Part shown: piece after piece, positions 1-10,492 of the stretch
Layout: each line of letters starts with the position of its first letter
Position numbering within the stretch: position 1 is the first letter of the stretch
Origin: Spirogloea muscicola
Lineage: Eukaryota
Assembly: GCA_009602725.1 (NCBI GenBank)
Contig: WELB01000008.1
Coordinates: forward strand, 1,316,522 to 1,368,696
Length of the DNA: 52,175 bases
Direction of reading: 5' to 3'
Notes under the pieces: generated by a model
Told to the model about the DNA's origin: nothing
Seen by the model: the letters and a program-made list of their open reading frames with translations, nothing else
Databases searched by the model: none
Translations under genes and position numbers: made by a program

Positions 1-54
<54 letters not shown>
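1..54. repeat. poly(A) tract at window edge
   Basis: 54 consecutive A directly followed by GC-rich sequence; probably a contig-edge homopolymer. Confidence 0.9.
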
Positions 55-55
<1 letters not shown>

Positions 56-209
56 GCCGCCCGCGGCGCAGCGCAGGACCAGCCCGCGCGGCGGCAGCGG
101 CCAGCGGCCGCCGCTGAGCCCCGTCGCCGACCCGTCATCGCCCTCGCCCTCGTCCTCGTCCTCTCGCCACCACCGCTCCACGAGCTGCCCCACGACGCTC
201 CGGGGCCAG

Positions 210-1727
210 ATGTCCGGCCACGGGCAGTACCGCAGGCCGCACCCTTTCTCCACGTACCCGGCCTCGCTGAGCACCGTCCCCAGCGGCGAGGTGGACGTCC
301 ACACGAGCAGCCTCCGGTCGCGCTTCGAGCTCGACAGCGCCATGCGGAGGTCCGGGAGCGGGGAGGAGCTGGACGAGCAGCTAGACCGGCCGGGCGCGCG
401 CCGCTTCCCCACCTGGTCCTCGTCGTCGGCGGCGGAGTACGCCAGCACGCCGAGGGGCTCCAGGCTGCACCCGCCCTCCATCCACATCCCCCACTCGCCT
501 GGCGGCTACTCCTCCTCCTCGGGGCCGTCCCCCCGCTTTGCCCAGATGTCCTCCTCCTACTCGGACTCCCCGTCCACCTCCAGCCCCTCCTCCTCCAAGG
601 CCTCGTCCCCATGCCTGTCGCCGCTGCCGGCGCAAGGGGCGGACTTTGCCAGCCTCGGCTCCAGGGGCTCCTCCTCCAAGAGCCCCGACTCCCACGTCTA
701 CGTCGACGGCCACGTCCTGCCCTGGTCCGAGAAGCAGGCGCAGGCGGGTGCTCGGCAGCTCGTCTCGGCTGCTGGACATGGGTCCCAGCACGGTCACCGG
801 CAAGAGGTGCGGGAGAGCAGGGCAGCAGATGCGAACGAGGAAGGAGTGGACCGCTACAGCAGGGGTGACTACAGGTCAGTCTCGACCTGCGGGAGCTGGT
901 GCATTGATCCCGAGACACATTCGTTGGCGCTAGATGAGGCATGAAGTCGCGCGCGCAGAGCGGTTGAATACATCCTCACTGGAGTATACCTGCCTGTGAT
1001 CTGCTCGCAGGGGAGCATACATCTGCTACTCGGAGGCCGTGAAGAATTGTCGCAAGGCTAGCTACTTTGGCAATCGCGCGGCTGCAGCGCTGAAGTTGGC
1101 CTGGCATGCGCAGGCCGCCAAGGTAAGGCAGTGTGCCCTGTCAGAGGTAGTGGAGAGTTTCATAAAGCGTTAGCCTGGACTGGCTAGATGCAAGCTCGGC
1201 CAAGCCAATGTTGCCCATCCGACACCTCGTTGACTCTTCACGCCTCGCTCCATCTTTTCAGGATGCCGAGACAGCAGTGTCAATGAATCCCTGCTACACC
1301 AAGGGCTACATCAGGGCAGGGGGAGCTTACTTGAGATGGGCTCAGGAGAACAAGGCACGAGGCATGCCGAGCTGCACAGTCGTGGACAAGCTGGAGCGTG
1401 CTGAGCATGCATATGGAAGGGCTCTCATCTTCGACAGCCACAATCACTATGCCCAAGTGAGTGCAGCTAGCTTTGCAGCCACCCAGCCTTGCTCACTCCT
1501 TACATCAGCATGCTACATGAGATGAGCTGGAGAATGAGCATCTCAGTTACTGCACAAGGTCTGGCCAACTTTCAAACCTAGACATTGACTCCGTTGCAAC
1601 AGCTTGAGCACACACACAAGACTTACATATCTCTCGGTGTACTTGTACTCTCCTGCAGAATGGCATCGAAAATGTGAGGGAGCTACTTGCTGAGGAAAAG
1701 AAGCAAAGACTGAGCCAGCAACTCTAG
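210..1727 (+). CDS. TPR-repeat protein with long Ser/Pro-rich disordered N-terminus (5' end possibly incomplete)
   Basis: Exons 210-874, 1011-1122, 1262-1456, 1659-1727 join in frame via GT-AG introns. TPR-like segments: ANEEGVDRYSRGDYRGAYICYSEAVK, YFGNRAAAALKL..HAQAAKDAETAVSMNPCYTKGYIRAG, AEHAYGRALIFDSHNHYAQNGIENV. The frame is also open for at least 33 codons upstream of the ATG. Confidence 0.8.
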
Positions 1728-2547
1728 GTTGCCAGGCATAAATGCAAGAAGAGGCCGCAACTGCAGGCGACCACATTCACTGCCTGACCTGCAAACTGCC
1801 ACAGCCCATCAGTAGAAATGGAATGAGGCAGTTCTCAGGTCAGCCGCAGTACAAAAAGCCGGCAAACACACTCTATAGCATCTGGTGCAGTAGATGCAAG
1901 TGGTGCTGGTCCCCATGGCCTGCTTTGTAGTGGCATGATTCAAGTCAATGAGCAAGCCCTTGATTGTCTTCTTGGAGGTATAGAAGACTTGCGTCACAGA
2001 TAAATGTCCATGTATGAGCGCTCAGTCGTGACTCCTGGTACTCTGCATAGACCATCTTCAGTACCTCCTACCAAGGCCAGTTTTTCCAGATTCGTGCAGA
2101 CAATCGAGGTAGCAGAACTTGCATGTGCATCGCCTGCACCACGCATGTCACGCACCTGCCTATACAAAGTTGTGCCTTGATGACACGACGATGCCCGTTC
2201 ATGCAAGGCGATGTGAAAATCACATAAGTGACATTCACACGCGTGGAGTTGGAGGTGCCTATCCGTAGTATTTGGAAAGGGCAGAGGCACAGAAGTATGG
2301 CACAATCAAGTAAACTATGGCATCTGTGTTGGAGCTTTGTTTTCGAGTAGATTGCACCCAGAGCAGTCAAGCGTCAACAACAGCATACAAGTGATACTCA
2401 TTTTAGTAGTAGGCGCATGATGTGCATGAAGTGAGAGGAGGCAAAGCCAAGCCAGTACACTTCCCAGGCAAAAGCGAATCAAGTGCAAATTGTGTGGGGC
2501 GAGCCTCTTTGGCACGAGCGAAAATCGCAGCTGCATGCCCAGCCTTC

Positions 2548-2810
2548 GGGGATTTCGTGTACTTGAAACAAACGGAGGCCGAAGGCCAAGTACAAAGGCA
2601 AGCACATCTGAAGACCTACATAATCTACAGCAAAGTGACCCGCTCAGTAACCACGGGTCAAAACATAAAGGTCGCTAATCGATGCCTGAATACTAGATGT
2701 CAGATACGAAGCCCTTCTGCCACCAACTAGAGCTCGGCCAGCTTTCTGGTGCAAGGCATTAGCCTGAGCACGCTGCAAACAGGCCGAAACACGTCGTCGC
2801 AAGAAAGACA
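2548..2810 (+). repeat. dispersed non-coding repeat, copy 1 (possible non-autonomous element or regulatory module)
   Basis: Aligns colinearly with the reverse complement of 46419-46693; shared blocks include ggccaagtacaa.ggcaagcacatctga.ga, cgctcagtaaccacgggtcaa, gaaggtcgctaa.cgatgcctgaata and cacgctgcaaacaggccga. Confidence 0.85.
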
Positions 2811-2842
2811 GATATGCAGCTGGCAAGCCCAACTCAACCGGA

Positions 2843-3541
2843 NNNNNNNNNNNNNNNNNNNNNNNNNNNNNNNNNNNNNNNNNNNNNNNNNNNNNNNNNN
2901 NNNNNNNNNNNNNNNNNNNNNNNNNNNNNNNNNNNNNNNNNNNNNNNNNNNNNNNNNNNNNNNNNNNNNNNNNNNNNNNNNNNNNNNNNNNNNNNNNNNN
3001 NNNNNNNNNNNNNNNNNNNNNNNNNNNNNNNNNNNNNNNNNNNNNNNNNNNNNNNNNNNNNNNNNNNNNNNNNNNNNNNNNNNNNNNNNNNNNNNNNNNN
3101 NNNNNNNNNNNNNNNNNNNNNNNNNNNNNNNNNNNNNNNNNNNNNNNNNNNNNNNNNNNNNNNNNNNNNNNNNNNNNNNNNNNNNNNNNNNNNNNNNNNN
3201 NNNNNNNNNNNNNNNNNNNNNNNNNNNNNNNNNNNNNNNNNNNNNNNNNNNNNNNNNNNNNNNNNNNNNNNNNNNNNNNNNNNNNNNNNNNNNNNNNNNN
3301 NNNNNNNNNNNNNNNNNNNNNNNNNNNNNNNNNNNNNNNNNNNNNNNNNNNNNNNNNNNNNNNNNNNNNNNNNNNNNNNNNNNNNNNNNNNNNNNNNNNN
3401 NNNNNNNNNNNNNNNNNNNNNNNNNNNNNNNNNNNNNNNNNNNNNNNNNNNNNNNNNNNNNNNNNNNNNNNNNNNNNNNNNNNNNNNNNNNNNNNNNNNN
3501 NNNNNNNNNNNNNNNNNNNNNNNNNNNNNNNNNNNNNNNNN
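2843..3541. other. assembly gap (N run)
   Basis: run of N. Confidence 1.
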
Positions 3542-3945
<404 letters not shown>

Positions 3946-4391
3946 GGTACTCTGAGGAGAGGTGCACGGAGGGAGGTGCACAACGTCGCCAGGACAGCCA
4001 GAGGAAGAGAAGGAAGAGCAGAAGAGGGAAAAGAGCGCAGAGGAGACCCCAAAGCTCTGTGGCTAGTGGCGGAGCTCACAGGCAGTGGGCATTGCAGTGG
4101 CCCCCGCTGATCCAGCGCAAGCCTGCACAGGGCCAGGGCAAGGACCGGTGTGGCGGGGGCGCCGCAGGAGGTGCAGGACAGGTCTCTGTGAGGCCTTCCA
4201 TTGAGGTGGGGCCATCTTGGATGCTCGGCGCCTCTTGGAGCGTCGCAGGCATGCAGGTGCCTCGGCCGTGTCCTCCAGGGAGACAGCCCGCAGCTGCAGC
4301 GCAGCCCGCGCCGCCCACGACCTCCATGGACGCACAGCCACTGTCCTGCAGAGCCAGCCATCTCAGCGGCCGTGCAAAGGCTGCCGGGCCC

Positions 4392-6959
4392 ATGCTCAGC
4401 CGGGGGCAATACTGGGTCCCCCAGCGGGCGCTGGTCGCCCTGGCAGCGCTTCTGTGCTGTGTGGCCGGCGTGGCTGGCCAGGCCAAGGGGGCGTCCATTG
4501 GTGTCAACTGGGGCCGCGTGTCCAACCAGCCTCTGCCGCCCAAGATGGTCGTTCAGATGCTCGTGGTATGAAGGCCGCTTCCTCTTCCCTCCTCCCTTTT
4601 CTGCTGGCATGCCCTCAGCGTTTGCCTGTAGCAATGGTTTGCTGTTGGCGTCAGTTTTAAGAACCTATTTGGCACAACACAGCACCCTCTCTTCTTGTGG
4701 GAAGGAGAACGTGGCTGCTGATGTTCAGGGGCGGCTGTGAAAGCCAGCCAAGTACAGAGGGAACTCCAGAGTAAATCGAATTACGCAGAGCCGTCTGGTT
4801 GGGCAACAGGGCCCTCTCAGAACCCCCGCATCAGCAGTAGGAAGTTGGATATGTACAGCACGTTTAAGAGGGCAAGAGATGTTCCCCACAGTTGCGAGCT
4901 GAGGGGAAGCGAGTGAGGGGAAGCGGTTGCTGACTCTGCCAAGGAAGCCCGCTGCGTCCATGTGGTTATAGACGCTAAGGCCCACTTGGGCTGCCCTTCG
5001 CCTGGGGGGGGATGGCGTGGTTGCAGGATAACAACATAAAGAAGGTGAAGCTATTTGACGCCGACGAGGCGACACTGCGGGCAATGGCCGGGTACAACAT
5101 CGAGGTGAGCCACCTGGCTGGGTTGCTCAAGAGTCTCGCAATGCAAGTGCTGAGGTGACGTTGGCAAGGAGGACAATTTGACTGCAGTGCATCTCTGGGT
5201 GTCTGTGAGCTCCTGCTTCAGAAGCCTGAGCTTTTTGCCGAGCTAGTTGGGTGCAGGTGATGGTGACGGTGCGTAACGAGGAGCTGGCGACAATGGCGAC
5301 CAACCAGCAGGCCGCCCAGGACTGGGTGGACCACAATGTCATGCGCTACATCTTCCCGGGCGGCGTCTCCATAAAGTACACTTCCTGACACGACCAAATG
5401 CAGCGTGCAATCAATCAATGTGCACATCTGAAGACAACAATCGGTACATGCCTGTTGCTGCTCGGCTTGTGGACTGGAGCTAGACTTGCAGCACGTGCTG
5501 ATAAGCAATGTCCTTTGGGCAGGTATGTGGCGGTGGGCAATGAGGTGTTCCTGTCCAACTACGCCATGCAATTTCTCAACATCCTGTATCCGGCGATGCT
5601 CAACATCTACTCCGCGCTACGAAAACGCAAGCTAGACGGCACAGTGAAGGTGACGACGCCGCTCAACGCGGACGTGCTCGGCGAGTCCTACCCACCGTCA
5701 GTGGGCATCTTCCGGTCCGATGTTGCACCCATCATGCAGCAGGTCGTGACGTTCATGAGCCAAACGAAGGCGCCATTCGTCATCAACATCTACCCGTACC
5801 TTGTTCTTACCTTGAATACCAACTCGACAACCGATCCCAACTTCATCTTCTTCGGGAGGAATGGCACTAGTAGCTTTGTGGATCCTGGGACAGGCCTGAC
5901 TTATGGCAACGTGTTTGATGCCACGTATGATGCCACGCTGGCTGCGATGGCCAAGGTCGGAGTCACCGATGTGAGTCATCCTTTCCGCTTTGCACTACCT
6001 CTCCTTGCTCATATGCTGTGGTCCAGGCCCCCTTGTATTCAGTACGCTGTGGTGCAGCCTCCCTGGCAGTTGATGCTTGAGCATGTCTGGAGGAACAAGT
6101 TTCAGCGATTCCATTTAGTGGAGGTCCATCTCTAAGCTGAGTATGATTACCGTTGTAAGCTGCTGAGATCTGCGCTGCCTTTGCATGCAATCTGATTGTT
6201 GCACGTCGTGCGATTGTTCTATCCATGCTCCAGGTGGAGGTCATAGTCGGCGAGTTCGGGTGGCCGACTGATGGGGAGGCGCACGCGAACATGGCCAGCG
6301 CCCAGGAATTCAACCAGGGCGCCATCCAGCACTTCCTCTCGGGCGCCGGCACGCCCGCGCTGCCTGGGCAGGTGATCAACGGCTACCTCTTTTCCATCAT
6401 CGACGAGAACGCAAAGTCGGTGGCGCCGGGGCCCTTTGAGCGCCATTGGGGCATATTCAACTACGACGGCACTGCCAAGTATGCGCTCGACCTGGCAGGG
6501 ACTGGCAATCCCAATGCCACCATGGTGAGCGCCAAGGGCGTTCTGTATCTTGCACGCCGCTGGTGCATCGCAGACGCCTCCAATGGCAGCACCAACACGG
6601 TAGACAACAGCCTTAGCTTCATCTGCAGCAACACGGTGGCGGGTGACTGCACCCCAACGCTGGAGGGCGGCAGCTGCTACTTGCCCAACTCCCTCGCTGC
6701 ACACGCCAGCTACGGCTACAACTCCTACTACCAGGCACTCGGCCAGAAGGACACAGCCTGCAGTTTCAATGGCACAGGGCGGGTTGTAGACGTCGACCCT
6801 TCCCATATGGGATGCAATTTCACGATTGCGCTTGATGAAGCTATGCTCAGTCCTTCCTCTAGCGCGCTGAGCAACCAGCCATGCAATGGATGGTTGCTAA
6901 TAGCAAGCATGTTGATGACCATAGCTCTGGTATTGGCTCCCCATCACATTGACTTATAA
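4392..6959 (+). CDS. glucan endo-1,3-beta-glucosidase (GH17) with X8/CBM43 domain, signal peptide and probable GPI-anchor signal
   Basis: Exons 4392-4565, 5027-5104, 5257-5375, 5523-5970, 6234-6959. Motifs: IGVNWG..PLPP..VVQML, IKKVKLFDAD, YVAVGNE (acid/base Glu), VIVGEFGWPTDG (nucleophile Glu), FERHWGIF, X8 WCIA..C..C..GGSC..HASYGYNSYYQ..C.F. Hydrophobic N- and C-termini. In-frame ATGs also occur upstream (4221, 4251, 4326). Confidence 0.95.
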
Positions 6960-7790
6960 TATTTCCTAAAAGCTAAGGTGGTGAGCTTCCATCTTCTGCC
7001 CCCGGTCCATAAGCTCTGGCCCAAATATCATCTACTAATAATGTGCATGTCCACTTTAATTCATGGCCCTGTGGAGAATGTCTGCGACCAAAGTAAGCTC
7101 CAGTTTTACCAGGCCTTTGCTACACTTGTCAATGATAACTTAAGTTGGTGATTCGTGTGACTATAGATTCGTGTGACTAGACATTTCAGAGGAAGACAGC
7201 AATAAGTACATGAGTGCACTTGGCGGTAGCCATCATCACAGCGGCCTTCCAGAGCCTTCTCAAGCACTACTTCACAGTTACTAACACTAGATTGGCTCGA
7301 CTGAAATCTCCATTGGTTTCTGAGTTAAACATGGGCTCACTCATACAAAATGAGGCGGGCCACAGCCATTGAGCTGCACAGCCTGCAGCTCATGATGGTG
7401 CCCCAAAAAAATGAAGGAATACTGCAAAGGCAGCAACATAATGGCTGTCAAGTACGGAAGTGTACAAGTACTCGCAAATGTAATGGTAGGGCCACGGCAC
7501 ATCCAGCCTTGGGATGGATGTGCATGGGCAGAGGGTGCAAAAAGGCCTAAACTCTTTACACAGACTCATCAGAGTAGGTAGGCGCTTGCTAGCAAGCACT
7601 AGGCGCCTCTGAGGAGCCGACACTGTGTGCTGGACCGATTGTGCAGGTGTAGCCTGCAGGCCTGGTTTGACAAAGATGGAGGAAAGGCGGGAGCATGTGG
7701 GTGCTTCATTGCAACCAGCGCACTGCCACCACTCTCAAAGAGGCCTGCAACGAGAAGCACAAGGGCATGACAGGCAAGCTCTGGGCCACC

Positions 7791-10250
7791 TCAACGCCGC
7801 AAGCTAGGCTTCCTGAGGAGCATGGCGTAGAGCAGGTCCGACCAGATGTCCGGCACTCCAGGGTTGCACCAATGCAGGCAGTCCTGGTATGGTGTTGTCG
7901 GATGGCCGCCCACCGCATACCATGGTCCAACGTGCGCATCCGGCCGATAGATGCTCAGTGTGCTAATTTCAAGGAGCTCCACAGCAGAGCCCTTGAGCGC
8001 CAGTCGCTCGAGCGGCAGCGTGAGCTGATAGTCCTTGACCTGCTTGCGTAGCTGCATCGCCTGCCCTCATGCACCACATGTGCATCGAGCCAACTTGCAC
8101 ATACTCAGTGGTAAATTCGTGTCTCTCACAGCAGTTGCCTTTTCAAGATGACTTTGCTGCTCATGGAGGTTGGAAATGAGAGGGTTCTCAACAGATTTTG
8201 ACATTCTGTTAACATTTGCAGCGGAGTGAAGTCTTGAGCTCAGCGTACCATGGCGGTAGTAAGGGGGCCTGTGGCGTTGCAGACCGTGTTAGTGCTATTG
8301 CCAACCTTCCAGCTGCCGTGCTGGGGGGAGACAGATAGGAAGATGGGCACAGGGCCCTTGGACTGCAGCTGCCTTGCGTTGAAGAACAGCCTCATGGACT
8401 GCATGGCAGCCCTGCACCACCGCATCGGTCTCAGCATGCGAGCATGGGGTTACGCTTCTTGGCAGGAGCTCAGTCACGACAATGTGTGGCGCGCACATGC
8501 GCACAGCATTTTCTGCACGTGTGCTAATCACCGTCCTGACAAAAGCAAGACGTGCACATGGCCTCACAAGTAGGCCGCATACTGGTCTTGGTCTGGAAGT
8601 AGGGCCCAGTTTCTGTCCACGTAGTACCGCCGCGCATACGAGGCGTTCTTGCCCCAGTGCGCAGCAGTGTTCATCACCACAACATCGAGCTGGTCGAGGA
8701 GGCTCGCCCAGGCGGGATTCGGGAACCGGTATGGGTTCACAATTGCGTCATTGATGCCTGGACTGCAGAAGCAGCACAATGCACGGCAAGCGTGGCGGAC
8801 GACTTAGCTTTCAGCAATCTGCTTGAGCGAAGACGTGCCGCACTGCCACGAAACGGCCAGGACATTGCCTCTAGCTCAACGGTGGCCGAGCACAGGAGTG
8901 AGCGTCATTGTTGAGAACGCATATCCTGCAAACTTGTCCAACCCACGTGGCATGCGGGTCGTATGACAACAGGCTCTTGTTGTCGTTCTTGGAGGCCACC
9001 AGGAACGCGTCTTGGATGGCAATCAAACGCACATTGTACACGGGGATGAGGTAATCATCGCCCTGCCGCCTTCGCAAGGGACAGGGCACTGCTTGAGTGT
9101 CGTGGCCATGATGATGCGGCAGCTGCGAGCAGCTCAAGCTTGAGCTGCTGCTGCTGGACTGCTGCCCTTGACCTCAAAAAGGTCACCACCTGCAACTTCC
9201 AATCTTCCACAAATACGAGCATGCATGACGTCTAGTCTCCTTCCCGCTGCTAAGATCAAGGAGCTCCCTCTGATAGTCAAGGAGTCTGTGGAGTCGACAT
9301 TTTTCAAGCATAGCTGCAACCCAGTGGCCCCCTCTTCCCGAGCGTCACTACTGCTGGTGCTTCAGGCACACTTGCGCAAGCTCACCCTGACACCAGAGGT
9401 TTGGTTGTGGTCTTGACGGGTGTCGCGACGTTGGAGACGAGGCAGAGAAGGGACGTGAAGAAGTTCCACCTGCAAGCGGCAGTTCTCCAAGTCACTCCCT
9501 CACAGAGCTCTTGACGTGCTGAGCCAAGGACTGCCCAACGCGTCACCTCACAGCGACATTGCTGCCGCAGCAGCAGCTGCCTCGCACCTGCCGAGGGAGT
9601 CGCCGACGACGGCCAGCTTCTTGTTCTTGAGCAGCGTCAGGAAGGCGTGTGCATTGAAGCTGGTGATGTTGCAGCCGTAAGGCTGCCAGCTCCATTGCTG
9701 AGGGAGAGCACAGGCACAAGCACGAAGGTGGGACCCCCCCCGTCTCTTGCCGCGTCAGGCCCTACAGCTGCCCCGAAGACGAGGTCCTATCCCGCTCTGA
9801 GCAGATCGATATGCAGGCAATGGCAGCGGCGCTGCTGCCGGGCGCCAAGTGATGGGCGAAGGCCATGTCACAAAGGCAGCCCTGGTGATCCTGTGCAGCG
9901 GCTGAGCGCCAGAGCTCAGCCACTCGGCGGCTCCGTCGAGGGAGGCGCGGGAGGAGCACCTGGAAGGACGTGTCGGTGCGCCCGGCGGTGCCGCAGTCGA
10001 CTACGGGCAGCATGTGGGGGCACGACGCGGCGCTGTAGCGCGGCCGGTACCGCCGGCGAAGGCCCGCCCGGGGTCGCACCCAGCGGCCGCTGAACAGGTC
10101 GCAGGAAGCGGCGGCGGCGGGAGGGAGGCGGCTCGGGGCGGCCGCCGCCGCCGCCGGGAAGCGGGCGATAGTGGGCCCCAGGGGAACGGAACGGGAACGG
10201 ATGCGGGCCCGACTGTAGGGCCGTCGGGCCGGACAGGCCCCGACCGCCAT
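7791..10250 (-). CDS. trichome birefringence-like (TBL/PC-esterase) polysaccharide O-acetyltransferase; start uncertain
   Basis: CDLFSGRWV..YSAASCP..DC...GRTD.SFQ|QWSWQPYGC..KNKKLAVVGDSLGR (GDS motif, exon 9697-9588); DVVVMNTAAHW; last exon RPDAH..DCLHWCNPGVPDIWSDLL (DxxH motif); multiple GT-AG introns. Confidence 0.92.
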
Positions 10251-10492
10251 GGCGGCCACCACCTCCGGCGCAGCCCATGTCGGGGCGCCCCCACCTCGCG
10301 CGAGCGCCTTCGCTGCCGCGGGCCCGCCGCCGCGCCGCGAGCGCCAGCGCGGGAGCTCGAGCCCTCGCTCTCCACCGGAGGAGTCTTACTGCCCGTCCAG
10401 CGAAGCCGCGGCCGCGGCGGCGCAGGCCGTGACAGCCCGGCTACGTCGCGGCGGCGGCGGCAAGCGGCGGCGGCGGCGGCGGCTAGACGGGA

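Noticed and set aside
1..54. Poly(A) as a retroelement or processed-gene tail
   Set aside because: Upstream context is outside the window; homopolymers at joins (also poly-G/C at ~46255, ~50255 and the window end) suggest assembly edges
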